Positions 26,598-37,648 are shown, counted from the stretch's first letter. The stretch: DNA of 56,477 nt from Candidatus Woesearchaeota archaeon (GCA_018221135.1 JAAOYB010000009.1:1-56477), one strand, 5' to 3'. The notes: generated from the sequence alone by a model not told the origin. A program made the numbers and translations.

Positions 26598-29500
26598 TTT
26601 ATCTCAGCGTAAAACGCTACTGCGCTAGTGTCTGGTGTTTTGTATTCTCTAAGCGCTGCGGGGACTTTTATCTCAAAATCATACGTTCCGTTAAAACCTA
26701 TTTTGTTTTCGTTAACCTCTGTTACGAATACTAAGTCTTGGGTTCCGTTATACTTTGGTCCGTCGTTTGAATCCCACAAAATCCCAGTCAAAAAATTGTT
26801 GTTTACAGTGCTGTTAATAACAGGCACATCATAGATGGTGCTTGTGAAAATAATGTAGTTCTTAGTGTTTTTTGCGCTGCCGCTTTGCGTGTAAGTATTA
26901 TTTATTGAATCAGTATAATTAGTCATGTTAAGAGCTGTGTCTATCTCTGCGAAGTCATCGAACTCAGAAGAGTTAGAAGTGTTTTTACCAATAGCGAGAA
27001 GGCTAGTCCAAGAAACACTACTATCATAATCAGCTACGAATAAGTTATCACCAGTACTGTTAGCTTTATTCCAACTAAACAAAGTATTATACGCGGAGTT
27101 ATCAATGTTTAATATCGAAGTGGTATTACCTGCGAATACGTGGTGACCACTGATAGTTATTGCTTTGTAAGCCTTATTATTAGATTCGTCACTTTCAGTT
27201 ATGGAACCATTTGATGCGATTGGTGGGTCCACTACAACGTATATCCTGGTGGTGCCCATCTTTGTAGTCCAATTAACACTAAGGGTTTGGTTGCTACCAA
27301 CAACTAAGCTATTGATTGTTTGATTAACCCCTATCTGAACTCCAATGGTGTCAGGGTTTCCTTGCCAGAACTGAACTACGAAGTTATTTGCTGTTGCTCC
27401 TCCAACATTATAGATATTAGCGAGGACTGTTATGTTCTCACCTTCAACAGGATTATTATTGCTAAAACTAATATTGCCTGCGTTTATTACTAAGTCCGGC
27501 GCGGGTACTGTGAAGTTATAAGTAAGACTAGTATTGGTGTTTCCTGCTAAGTCAACACAAGTAACATTCCAATAATGGATTCCTGCACCCAAACCAGGAA
27601 CACTAATATTAGCCCAACTACCACTAGTGATGTTTGTAAATGATTGGTTATTGTTTGAATCAATAGTTAAGTTACAAACTGATAATATTGGTGCCATGTT
27701 ATCACTAACTGTGAAGTTAAAAAACACGGTGTCATTATTTGTTAAGTTATCATTCTCGGGAGCTGTTAGGGTAATACTTGGGAGAACTGTGTCTACGTAG
27801 ATAGTGATTGGTGTAGAGTTATATTTATTAGTTGCTTCGTCTACTGCTTCTAATACTACACTCCAACTACCATTAGTCAAAGCGTTTAGGTTATCACTGT
27901 CAGGCGTGTTGTTATTTGTTGTGCCGCTAGCATTAAGCGTGCTATTAACGTACAAGTAATAATTTAGTACTAAGTCCATGTTATCAGTTACCAAGAAATT
28001 AATAAGTGGAGACGCCGTGTTAAACCAAGACTCATTTTTAGTGGTGATATTGGCAAAAGAAGGGGTTAAATCTATGTATAAGCTTCTGTTCTCATCACCG
28101 AATCCTTGAGAATAAAATGTTGTGTTGTCAAAACAAGTAATGCTCCAATTATAGCTTCCTTCAAAGATTTCGCTAGTAATATTATTAGTGGCGTTATTAG
28201 TTATTTGGCTTCCGGGCTTACTCTGATTAAAGTTTCCATCAATTAATAAGCTGCAATTCTCGATTCCTGTCTCGTCACTTACGTTAAAGTAGAATGTTAT
28301 GTTTCCATCATTAAACCAACTATTTGTTGGAGGCGTGACTAGTGTTATGTTAGGAGCCCTAAACACGTTAAAAGTTTTGGTCTCACTAACATTAAAATTG
28401 GTTGCTTCATCAATGCAGGTCACGTTCCAACTATGAACTCCTTCAAAAAGATTGTTCGCTGTGTGGTTTCCGTAACTATTATTAGAAATGTTCTGTGAGT
28501 AAACTTGGCTTCCATCAAGGGTGATGTTACACAATATCGGGTCGTCCAAGTTGTCAGAGACGGTGAAATTAAGAGTTGCGCTGCTACTAGTAATGTTTGC
28601 TTGGTCGACTGGATTAGTAAGGTTAATGGTTGGTTTTGTGATATCAACTATTATTACAAGAGTATAATTAGCGATGTTATTAGCTTCATCTAATGTCTCG
28701 ATGGTTACGTTATGGTAACCCTCGCTTAATGGCCCGATTGTTTGATTAGTGTTGGTGTTATTAGTTATGTTAGTACTAGTAATAAAGCCTTGATCAACAT
28801 ACAAGGAGTAGTTGATGTTGTCATCTAAGGCATCGGTTATGTTAAAAATAATGTTAGGGGTCGTAGTATTAAACCACGAATTGTTCTCTGCTTGGTAATT
28901 AACCACTGCACTGGTATTATCTATGTACAGTGTGATAGTGTTGGAATCTTTTGTTCTGTTAAGATAATCAGTTACTCTAATAGTAATTAACCTAATGCCT
29001 TCGTTTAGAGTTGAGAGATTTAATAATTGGGAGACATTATCAGTTACGCTTCCATTTTGCCCATTAGGCACTCCGTTAACTAAGACCGAGTAATTAATGC
29101 TACTATTAGTGTAGTCATATAATGTGAAGTTAATAAGTGGTGTTAAGTCACTAGTCCAAGTAGGGCTAGGGGGGCTTGTCAGATTAGCCCATAAAACGCT
29201 TATATTGATAGTCGCGTTATTATTAGAGTAGTTAGTCTCGAAGACTCCTAAGTCTGGGTTGACAACGCCATAAATAGAATAATAACCTTGATTTATAATC
29301 CATGTAGTGTTGACTGTGTTTGTCTGCCCAGGACTAAGTGACAGGCTTATATTATTTCCTATCTGGACCCCTATTCCAGGTGGTCCTTGCCAGAACTGAA
29401 CTAAGAAGTTACTACTACCAGAAGCCCCGTTGTTTGTTACGTTAAGATAAATCGTTAAGTTCTCACCTAAGTCTGGGTTGCTGTTATTAAACCAAATCCT

Positions 29501-32500
29501 AGTATTATCTGTGTATAAATCAGGTGCTTCCACGGTGAAATTCCAAGTAGAGGTGGTGTTGTAGTTTCCAAGGTCATCCCAGCAAAGCAGACTCCAATTA
29601 TGCGAGCCATAAACAAGGCCGTACACGGTGTGATTATGATAATCTCCGCTACTAAAATTAAGGTTAGTCGCGTTAACTGCTCCATCAACTGTTAAGTTAC
29701 AATAAACTATGCTTGACCAAGTATCATTAGCTGTCCAATTAAAATTCACGTTCTCGGTAGGAACAGTGATGTTGTCCCCGGGGTAGGAGCGGTTTATGGT
29801 TGGGGGGTACAAGTCAACTATCAATGTTTTTGTTGTTTGATTGGTTCCTTCTAATCCGTATGCGTCTGTGCAGTTAACAGTCCAATTATATATTCCATCA
29901 GCGAAGTTGTAAGCAGTTATGTTATTCTCAACTCCCACACTTATGTTGTTGTTAGTCTCATTTCTTAATCCGTTAAGTATGAGTGTGCAGTTGCTTATGT
30001 TATTACTATTATCGTACGGTGTGAAAAAGAAGGTTATGTTCTTCTCATTAGTTCTGTTGTTGTGTTGTGGGTTGCCTAAGTTTATCCTTGGCGGCTCATT
30101 TACTGTGAAGTTATAAGTAAGACTAATATTGGTATTGCTTGCTAAGTCAGTACACGTGGCATTCCAGTAATGCAATCCATCACTAACATTGTACTCTGTG
30201 TGGTTAAAATATGAGCCATTTAACACCACTGTTGGTCCGGCTATTACGTTACTATCAAGACTAATATTACAAGTTGTGTTAGGCGCTAAGTTATCCCATG
30301 CTGTTAAGTTAAAGAGTATTGTGCTAATATTAAAGACGTCGTTATCAGGAGTTATCAAGTTAATAGTTGGGTTTGTTAAGTCCACAGTAAAATTCCAGGT
30401 TTCCGTGCTGTTAACAGTGTTATTATCCCAGTCCGTGCAATCCCAATACCAAGTGTGAAATCCTTCACTAAAACCATTTTCTGTCCAACTATCAATTTGG
30501 TTTGCGTTAGGATACCTCTCTATACTGTAATTCACGCTGCCATCTAGGTATAAATGACAATACTGCAAAGTAAGATTATTATCTTCGGGGAGGTAATAAA
30601 AAGTTACGTTACCTGTGTTATTCCAACTATAAGGAGGAGGAGCGATTAATGTGACTTCTGGAGTGAAACTAACATTGAAGTACCAAGTCTCACTAGTAGT
30701 GCTTAGTTGGCTTGAGTCAGTACACTCAACACTCCAATTATAACTTCCTTCACCAAAATCATAACGGCTAATATTGGTCCAATTGCCACTAGTTGCGTTA
30801 ACAGTTATGTTGAATTTCTCGTTTATGTATAAGTCACAAAGCAAAGTTTGTGTTATCTCATCATACGCTGTGAAATTAAAATTGATAGTTGTTGTGTGAA
30901 TAGTGTCGTTTTCTTCAGGGAAGGTGAGATTAACCCATAACGGCGCGGTTTTATCAACGTAAAACCATTCCAAACTACTATTACCAACGCTGTTATTAAC
31001 ATCAGTGCAGTTAACACTCCAATTATAAAGACCTTCAGCTAAGTTATCCCTGGTAAAATTACTAGTGCCCCCATTAGTTATGTTAATAGTGCCTTGTGTG
31101 TATTGATAAGCATCGTTAAGATATAATGAACAGTTTTGTATTCCTCCAACGTCTGTAGCGTTGTAATAAAAAGTGACGTTCGAATCATTTTTTCCTTCAT
31201 AACTTATAGGTTCTACTAATACAACGTAGGGCTCGATATCCACGCTGAAATTAAGATTAACGCTCGTCCCGTTCCTATTCGCGTCATCTGTACAAGTAAT
31301 ATTATAGTAATGAACACCGTTGGATAATCCACCTACGAACCTAGTATTATTAAATACTCCACTAGCATTAGCAAAGAAAGGACCACTAACCCCATAATCC
31401 GAGATGTTTATAGTACACTCAACGATTTCATCAACGGCGTCGTAAACATTGAATTCAAAAAATAACCACGAATTATAAATAGTTGACGCATTAGGATACT
31501 TGGGAGTAATAAAAGGATCATTAAAGTCTACGCTGAAATTAATAACGCCAGGTTTAGTGCTTTGTGAAGAGTTATCAAAGCACTCAACAGTCCAATTATG
31601 AATTCCTTCTGAGACGTTATACAACGTAAAATTATTAGTGACTCCGCTTGTGATGTTAGTACTGTTATCACTTGGTGCGTCATCTAAGAAAATAGTGCAA
31701 TTAGCAATTCCGCTACTATCAATTGGGGTGTACTCAAAGGTTATGTTCTCAACTAAGACCCAATCCCCTTCTGAAGGGTATTCGAGATTAATAGTTGGCC
31801 CGGCGTTTAAGTGGAAAACCCAAGTACTATTACTAATATTTGTTCTGCCAAGACGATCACTGCACGTAACATTCCAATAATAATCATTATCTGTAAGACC
31901 AAACAAAGTGTAATTTCTAATAGTGTTATTAGGACTTATAATATTAGGATAAAAATCTGAATTAATTCTTAAATCACAACTAAGATTATCTGTTAAGTCA
32001 TCAGTTGCGTTCCACTGAAGCGTTACGGTGCTGCTATTAATTGTGTTGTTATCACCTGGGTAGATTAAGTTAACGTTTGGGTCTGTTTCATCAACCCAGA
32101 AAATCCAATTCTTACTCCAACCAGTACCTGCTCCATTAGTACAACTAACATTCCAAGTATGATTGCCTTCGTTTATATTGGTTACGTTGAAATAGTTGTA
32201 CTGGTTTACTTCGATAGCACTATCATTACCTTTATTGTTTCCGTCTACGTAGATGCTACAATTATCTATTCCTGAGTCATCAGTTGCGTTGTAAGTAAAC
32301 GTGCCGTTTTCGCTTAGGAAGCCACCAGTGTAGTTCTGGGGGTTTACTAATATTGGCAGTGGTGGTCCTTGGACTGTGAAGTTCCAAGTCTGACTGGTGT
32401 CAAGCCATCCCGCGTCATCCCAACAAGTTACATTCCACCAATGCAATCCATTAACAACTGTTCTAATATTAGATTCTATGGTGTTGTTGATTACATCAAG

Positions 32501-35500
32501 GTAGCTAGTGCTATTAATATTAATGCCGTCAATTGTTATGTTACATTGAAGTAATGAGTCAAGATTATCTGTTACTGTAAAATTAAATTCGATGTCGTTA
32601 AATCCAAATATATCGCTGCTATTAGGGTAAAGTAAAGTCGTGTTTGGAGGTGTCAAGTCCACTGTAAAATTTGTGTTCGGGGTTTGGTATGAGTTGTTGA
32701 ATATGTCGCTACAATTAACGCTCCAATAATGCCAACCTTCAAAGATGTTATTTATGCTGAAGTTGTTTAGAGCCCCATTAGTTAAATTAGAGGAGTTTTT
32801 GCTATTGTTATAAACTCCGTCAAGGTAAATACTACAATTGTTTAATCCATGCATATCGTAAGGGGTAAACAAGAAAGTGATATTAGTAGTGTTTGAACTA
32901 TTGCTTTCTTGGGGGTAATCTAATGTTATGTTTGGTCCCGTTGTGTCAACTGTAAAAAGCCAAGTACTACTCGTATTAGTGTTGCTTATGTCTTGCCAGC
33001 AAGTCACATTCCAATAATAATCATTATCAGGAAGGTTGGTAAGGGTGTAGTTTGTTATCTCTCCACTATTAGCAAAAATGATATCGGTGTTATTAACTAC
33101 GCCGTTGAGAGTTAAGTTACAACTAATAGGTCCTCCTCCTTGACTTGTCGCGTTGAACTGAACATCAAAAGTACTAGTAGTCATATTTGCAATATTAGGA
33201 GGATAAATTAGTAATACGCTTGGCGGCGTATTTGAAATCCTTACATAAATAGTATCGTTTCCTTGGTTTGAGACATTATCTAGACAAACAGCGTCAAACC
33301 AGTAAAAACCATCAGTTATCAAAGCAGTATTTGTTGAGCCATTCCATATATAACCACTAACAAAATTAAGACTTCCATTAAGACTAGTTGTTCTAAAACT
33401 ATAATTACAACTACTTATACCATCACTGTCAATAGCGGTAACGTTGATATACTCCCACCCCGTAAGGGTAGGGAATTGCAAAACATCCAACGCGGCGTAA
33501 TCTGAGAAGATATATCTACTACCATCACCAGCACCGTTAGTAGCAGGCGTTGACTCAACTAAGAACCAAACATCATATGATGATGAATTAACAAAATCAC
33601 TAATGTTTCCAGTTACTTGCGGAGACGCACTCACATCACTACTAGTACTGCTACTAGTGTAAATGTTTTGATAACTCCCCGCGGTGAAGTTCCAAACCCA
33701 AATAGTATAGGTATCTGCTCCATCATTAGGTTTTTCTGTGTGGCCATCATAGTTGAATCTTAATGAATAAACAGATGAAGGGCTTTGACCTATCTTAAAT
33801 TTTAAGCTGTGATATGCTTGATTATTATTACCGGTTATGCTATGATTATACTTGCTTTCATCGTTTGTTTCTAAATAAGTATAATTTGCAACGCTTGCTT
33901 CTGTCCCGGTTAATAAAGTTGCGTAAACCTCTGTTTTGACTCCATGATAAGCCTTGTTATTATTATCAGTGTAATCATATGAATTTACATCATAGCTTGG
34001 TTCATTAATAACAACAGTCGTAGTAGCACTTAGATTATATTGGATGTCGAGATATGTGAAGTTGACATAAGTTAAGTTCCAATTCTGTGTTCTGTGACCA
34101 GCGGCTAATAAGTTATCAGTAATCCAAAGACTAACACTGTTAGCTTCGCTATAAGTATTAATCCAACTAGTGAGGTTACATGTATCTACTCTGTTAGTAG
34201 TGCTGGGTGAAAAGCTACATGCAACTTCATAGGCTCCGCTACTACTATTGTATACTTTTATGTAAGTAGTCCAATTATTACTTACTGTCAAGTTATCTTC
34301 TTGGTGTTCGTATCCAAAGATTACTTGGTTAACATCATAACCGATGGGTACGTTGTCTGTGAAGTTAACTTCTATTCTTTCTTCAAGAGGCGTTGGAGTA
34401 TCTCTTTTTAGCACTATGTTTCTAGAAGAATTATCTGTTTCGTTTACTTCACTTAATACATTTAATCCTGTGTTATCTCTATCAGTTAATAAAGCCAAGC
34501 TAGGCCTAAAAATCACAATTACATCTCTTTGAGCATAAAGAATACTACTGTTACTATCATTTATTGTTATCGTGTAATTTCCAGGAACTAAAGTCTGAAC
34601 TGAAGGGATAGTCCAAGGGTCTGAGGTGTTACCTTGTCCTCCAGTACTGATAGGTTTTGGATAGCTTGATACGCTTTGACCTGTGCTTCTTTTTTTGATA
34701 TCAATAGTTATGGTGTTTGTTTGTGAAAACCCAAAACCACTTATTTGAACGATTTCTCCTCTGCTATAATATGTTTTATCTGTTGATATAATTGGTGTTA
34801 CGTTAAAATACGCGGTTTGGCTTGAATAATTAGTATTGCTGCTACCATCTGTTGCCCATACAAAGAAGCTGAACTCACCTCCAAACGTACTTGTGTAAAG
34901 ACAACTCCAAATATCTCCTGAGCCGCTCATAGTGCAGTTCTGCCTAGTCCCATTAGATAATAATATGTCCGCGTTAGCACTTGAGACAGATACGTCGTCA
35001 GTTATGTTAGCTGTTAAGTTAAACACTGTTCCAGAGATATCTATGATTGGAGTGGCGTTCACCCAATTAATAGTTGGGGAGGTGTTATCTCCTATTCCTG
35101 CTACGGAGAAGCTTTGAGTAGGTGTGCTGTTCCATTGACTTTGGCTGTCATTTGCGTAGAACTTCCAATAAACAGTTGTCGCAGCAGGAGCTGTTATGTT
35201 TATTGAATAATTTGACACATTATTTGATGTGAATTGATAAAAGCTTGTGTTCCACCAAGTACCGTTTTGGTTTATGCTAAAAACCCAGCTATCAAGTGCT
35301 TCGTCATCACTCCAAGTACTGTTGAATGTTACGTACATGTTCTGATAAATCATTGATTCATTCTTAGCCCAACTAAGAGGTGTTGGAGGATCACTGTACT
35401 CAGTGTAATTAACTCGAAAGAAAGCAGCGTCAAAAGTCGCTGTTTGTACATCGTTATCGTTTCCTGCGTGAGCTCTTATCACAACATTACTATTTTGCCA

Positions 35501-37648
35501 ACTACTACAATTCCATGAGAAAGTCCCGGTAATATTAACACAACTCACTCCTCCATCACTTGTAGGGCAACTTGAGTCAACGTTTGTAAAAGAACCACTA
35601 ACGCCAGTGATTGAGACATCAACACCGACACAAGTCTTCCAATCTCCACCTATCCACCAATTAGTGCACGCCTCTACTCTTTCTACCTGGGCGCAGTTCG
35701 TTAAAACTTTATTCGCGATTACTCGAACCCCTGCCCACTTATTTCTTCCCGCAGTTACGGTTTCAGAATTACCACCATCAGCGTCTTGGCTGTCAAGATT
35801 AGTGCATGTAGTGTAGTATCTATTATCTTGAGCTTCTGCGTTCATATAATCACATGTTGTGGCGTTTAAATCCCATAATGGGTCTGCTGCTATGTACCAA
35901 GGCCTTGCTTCTACAAAATACTCAGAAGAAGAGTTTATCACGTACCTAATAACTGCTGGGCCAAGCGTATAAAGATCTGGCGCGACTAATGGGGCTTGGA
36001 GCTCGTAATAAACAATTGAATTCGGGCTAATGTTCTCCCAGCGAAGCTCCTTTTTATACCCGACATCAACTACTACTGCGCCTCCTGAATCCACCACGCT
36101 CAAGTTCGTTGGTATTAGTTCTGTTAAGTTAATGTTGCCTGTGTTGTTAATATAAGGAGATATTTCTATGCTAGTAGTAAACGGTCCAAGCCAAGGGTCA
36201 ATTGAGAACGGCACATCCCTGATTATTTCGAACTCGTAGAAAGATTTTACTAAGAATTTAGAGGTCATAGAAGCATTAGTGTTCTGAGCTGTTGCGTAGA
36301 CATATAAAGTATAATTGCCTTGACTTTGGGTGTTGTTGAATTCTGCTTTGTAAACGCCTCTTTCAACTTCCACTACTTTATTAGGAGTAAAAAGAGTATA
36401 AGTCTGATTAGTTGGAGTAGTCACATTTAATGTGATGTTCGCATCTGCGACGAGGAATCCTTGATTATCAACAACTGCGACGTAGATAATCGCGGTTTCG
36501 TTAGGGTAATATATTGGTTTGTGTGTGTTTATAGTTGAGATTCCAGTCTCCGCGAAGCCAGGGTCATCAGGAGTTATTAACAATTCATATTCTTCTCCAG
36601 GTATAAGGTTTTTTATCTTAACCCATTCACCGTAGCATGTTTGCTCGGTGAAGTTCCACGCAGCGCATTTGTAAAGCTCAGAACCAGTAGCCACCAAGGT
36701 TATTGTTGCGGTATCAAAATCTATACTTGTAGGATCCACGGCGTAAGCGTCAACTACGTTCTTGTTTTCTTTCCACGCATCTTGGATTACTTCTTTTCTT
36801 ACCTCCTCAAATCCGAGCTCAGGGTTTTGTGTCCTAATATTTTTAAAAGTGATGTTTTTGACTTTTCTTGAATAATTATGTATTGTTAAATCATTAGTTT
36901 TCCTAAAGAATTTTTTATGCTCTTTGATTTCTCCTGCTACGAATCGAACCCTGTTTTTTGAATCCTTAACCTTTAATGTATCCGTTGCTTTTTTGGTTGT
37001 CTCGGGTTCTTGACTTGCAACAATCGTGTCATCTGGGATGTCTTGTTTTGATGTGGGGGTAATTTGAATAGTTGGGTTGGGGGTGTTTTCTTCTACTTCA
37101 AATCTTAAAGTACTCAAGATGTTGTCATATAAGTCTTTTAGTAATACTAAGTATCCTCCTTTTTGTTTAGGGGTAAACACAACGTTTTTTAATAATCCAA
37201 AATACGTGCTTTGTTGTTTTTCACCAATTACTTCTACTTTGAAATCTTCCTCTGAGATAAGACTAATATTTATTTGTTCACCTAAAGAATACGTTTCTTT
37301 TTCGATATTAGCACTAATATTTTTTGGTTGTTTTTTTACTACTTCAAAAACCTTTTTTTCTAATACAATACTGTCTTGTTTTAGCATCACGGTGTAAGTT
37401 CCTGTTTGCTTAGCATCAAACACCACGAGATGACTTATCTCGCCAGAATACTTATAAACACCGTTAACGGCAAGTATTTCTAAGCTAACCCCTGGTTTTT
37501 TTATTGTTTCTTTATCTAATGTTATGTCGATGGTTTCTCCTAGGGTATAAGAAGATTTTGAGAGGCTTATAAGCTGAGTGTTTTGTGCGCTACTAAAAAC
37601 TACCAAAAACAACAAGGTCACTATAAATAATAGGGTTTTCTTCTTCAT
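26594..37648 (-). CDS. Giant secreted surface protein (3684 aa): shared N-module, about 20 tandem ~95-aa Ig-like modules, two CARDB domains, shared C-module
   Basis: Signal peptide MKKKTLLFIVTLLFLVVFSSAQN. Thirteen consecutive modules at about 29535-33225 follow the pattern P...V.F.....D......C.L.LNG........G..N.....L.DG.Y.WNV.C.D..GN...S.TW.F.VD. CARDB-like segments lie at about 29205-29535 and 27150-27505. There is no C-terminal TM or sorting signal. Confidence 0.85.
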   Translation of the reverse strand: MKKKTLLFIVTLLFLVVFSSAQNTQLISLSKSSYTLGETIDITLDKETIKKPGVSLEILAVNGVYKYSGEISHLVVFDAKQTGTYTVMLKQDSIVLEKKVFEVVKKQPKNISANIEKETYSLGEQINISLISEEDFKVEVIGEKQQSTYFGLLKNVVFTPKQKGGYLVLLKDLYDNILSTLRFEVEENTPNPTIQITPTSKQDIPDDTIVASQEPETTKKATDTLKVKDSKNRVRFVAGEIKEHKKFFRKTNDLTIHNYSRKVKNITFKNIRTQNPELGFEEVRKEVIQDAWKENKNVVDAYAVDPTSIDFDTATITLVATGSELYKCAAWNFTEQTCYGEWVKIKNLIPGEEYELLITPDDPGFAETGISTINTHKPIYYPNETAIIYVAVVDNQGFLVADANITLNVTTPTNQTYTLFTPNKVVEVERGVYKAEFNNTQSQGNYTLYVYATAQNTNASMTSKFLVKSFYEFEIIRDVPFSIDPWLGPFTTSIEISPYINNTGNINLTELIPTNLSVVDSGGAVVVDVGYKKELRWENISPNSIVYYELQAPLVAPDLYTLGPAVIRYVINSSSEYFVEARPWYIAADPLWDLNATTCDYMNAEAQDNRYYTTCTNLDSQDADGGNSETVTAGRNKWAGVRVIANKVLTNCAQVERVEACTNWWIGGDWKTCVGVDVSITGVSGSFTNVDSSCPTSDGGVSCVNITGTFSWNCSSWQNSNVVIRAHAGNDNDVQTATFDAAFFRVNYTEYSDPPTPLSWAKNESMIYQNMYVTFNSTWSDDEALDSWVFSINQNGTWWNTSFYQFTSNNVSNYSINITAPAATTVYWKFYANDSQSQWNSTPTQSFSVAGIGDNTSPTINWVNATPIIDISGTVFNLTANITDDVSVSSANADILLSNGTRQNCTMSGSGDIWSCLYTSTFGGEFSFFVWATDGSSNTNYSSQTAYFNVTPIISTDKTYYSRGEIVQISGFGFSQTNTITIDIKKRSTGQSVSSYPKPISTGGQGNTSDPWTIPSVQTLVPGNYTITINDSNSSILYAQRDVIVIFRPSLALLTDRDNTGLNVLSEVNETDNSSRNIVLKRDTPTPLEERIEVNFTDNVPIGYDVNQVIFGYEHQEDNLTVSNNWTTYIKVYNSSSGAYEVACSFSPSTTNRVDTCNLTSWINTYSEANSVSLWITDNLLAAGHRTQNWNLTYVNFTYLDIQYNLSATTTVVINEPSYDVNSYDYTDNNNKAYHGVKTEVYATLLTGTEASVANYTYLETNDESKYNHSITGNNNQAYHSLKFKIGQSPSSVYSLRFNYDGHTEKPNDGADTYTIWVWNFTAGSYQNIYTSSSTSSDVSASPQVTGNISDFVNSSSYDVWFLVESTPATNGAGDGSRYIFSDYAALDVLQFPTLTGWEYINVTAIDSDGISSCNYSFRTTSLNGSLNFVSGYIWNGSTNTALITDGFYWFDAVCLDNVSNQGNDTIYVRISNTPPSVLLIYPPNIANMTTSTFDVQFNATSQGGGPISCNLTLNGVVNNTDIIFANSGEITNYTLTNLPDNDYYWNVTCWQDISNTNTSSTWLFTVDTTGPNITLDYPQESNSSNTTNITFLFTPYDMHGLNNCSIYLDGVYNNSKNSSNLTNGALNNFSINNIFEGWHYWSVNCSDIFNNSYQTPNTNFTVDLTPPNTTLLYPNSSDIFGFNDIEFNFTVTDNLDSLLQCNITIDGININSTSYLDVINNTIESNIRTVVNGLHWWNVTCWDDAGWLDTSQTWNFTVQGPPLPILVNPQNYTGGFLSENGTFTYNATDDSGIDNCSIYVDGNNKGNDSAIEVNQYNYFNVTNINEGNHTWNVSCTNGAGTGWSKNWIFWVDETDPNVNLIYPGDNNTINSSTVTLQWNATDDLTDNLSCDLRINSDFYPNIISPNNTIRNYTLFGLTDNDYYWNVTCSDRLGRTNISNSTWVFHLNAGPTINLEYPSEGDWVLVENITFEYTPIDSSGIANCTIFLDDAPSDNSTNITSGVTNNFTLYNVSEGIHNWTVECFDNSSQSTKPGVINFSVDFNDPFITPKYPNASTIYNSWLFFEFNVYDAVDEIVECTINISDYGVSGPFFANASGVFNNTRFVGGLSNGVHYYNITCTDDANRNGTSVNLNFSVDIEPYVVLVEPISYEGKNDSNVTFYYNATDVGGIQNCSLYLNDAYQYTQGTINITNGGTSNFTRDNLAEGLYNWSVNCTDVNNSVGNSSLEWFYVDKTAPLWVNLTFPEENDTIHTTTINFNFTAYDEITQTLLCDLYINEKFNITVNATSGNWTNISRYDFGEGSYNWSVECTDSSQLSTTSETWYFNVSFTPEVTLIAPPPYSWNNTGNVTFYYLPEDNNLTLQYCHLYLDGSVNYSIERYPNANQIDSWTENGFSEGFHTWYWDCTDWDNNTVNSTETWNFTVDLTNPTINLITPDNDVFNISTILFNLTAWDNLAPNTTCNISLDSNVIAGPTVVLNGSYFNHTEYNVSDGLHYWNATCTDLASNTNISLTYNFTVNEPPRINLGNPQHNNRTNEKNITFFFTPYDNSNNISNCTLILNGLRNETNNNISVGVENNITAYNFADGIYNWTVNCTDAYGLEGTNQTTKTLIVDLYPPTINRSYPGDNITVPTENVNFNWTANDTWSSIVYCNLTVDGAVNATNLNFSSGDYHNHTVYGLVYGSHNWSLLCWDDLGNYNTTSTWNFTVEAPDLYTDNTRIWFNNSNPDLGENLTIYLNVTNNGASGSSNFLVQFWQGPPGIGVQIGNNISLSLSPGQTNTVNTTWIINQGYYSIYGVVNPDLGVFETNYSNNNATINISVLWANLTSPPSPTWTSDLTPLINFTLYDYTNSSINYSVLVNGVPNGQNGSVTDNVSQLLNLSTLNEGIRLITIRVTDYLNRTKDSNTITLYIDNTSAVVNYQAENNSWFNTTTPNIIFNITDALDDNINYSLYVDQGFITSTNITNNTNTNQTIGPLSEGYHNVTIETLDEANNIANYTLVIIVDITKPTINLTNPVDQANITSSSATLNFTVSDNLDDPILCNITLDGSQVYSQNISNNSYGNHTANNLFEGVHSWNVTCIDEATNFNVSETKTFNVFRAPNITLVTPPTNSWFNDGNITFYFNVSDETGIENCSLLIDGNFNQSKPGSQITNNATNNITSEIFEGSYNWSITCFDNTTFYSQGFGDENRSLYIDLTPSFANITTKNESWFNTASPLINFLVTDNMDLVLNYYLYVNSTLNASGTTNNNTPDSDNLNALTNGSWSVVLEAVDEATNKYNSTPITIYVDTVLPSITLTAPENDNLTNNDTVFFNFTVSDNMAPILSVCNLTIDSNNNQSFTNITSGSWANISVPGLGAGIHYWNVTCVDLAGNTNTSLTYNFTVPAPDLVINAGNISFSNNNPVEGENITVLANIYNVGGATANNFVVQFWQGNPDTIGVQIGVNQTINSLVVGSNQTLSVNWTTKMGTTRIYVVVDPPIASNGSITESDESNNKAYKAITISGHHVFAGNTTSILNIDNSAYNTLFSWNKANSTGDNLFVADYDSSVSWTSLLAIGKNTSNSSEFDDFAEIDTALNMTNYTDSINNTYTQSGSAKNTKNYIIFTSTIYDVPVINSTVNNNFLTGILWDSNDGPKYNGTQDLVFVTEVNENKIGFNGTYDFEIKVPAALREYKTPDTSAVAFYAEIK

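Noticed and set aside
27150-33225. Regular ~285-nt periodicity that could be mistaken for a CRISPR-like or satellite repeat array.
   Set aside because: The period corresponds to ~95-aa protein modules in one continuous ORF. The copies are diverged at the DNA level, and there are no short identical repeats with unique spacers.
21327-37648. Many 60-125-aa ORFs antisense to, or out of frame within, the two giant genes (for example 25630..25977, 30189..30458, 31638..31880 and 37077..37397).
   Set aside because: They lie wholly inside long, internally consistent coding frames. They have no start context and a low-complexity, hydrophobic composition, as expected from the reverse complement of Asn/Thr/Ser-rich coding DNA.
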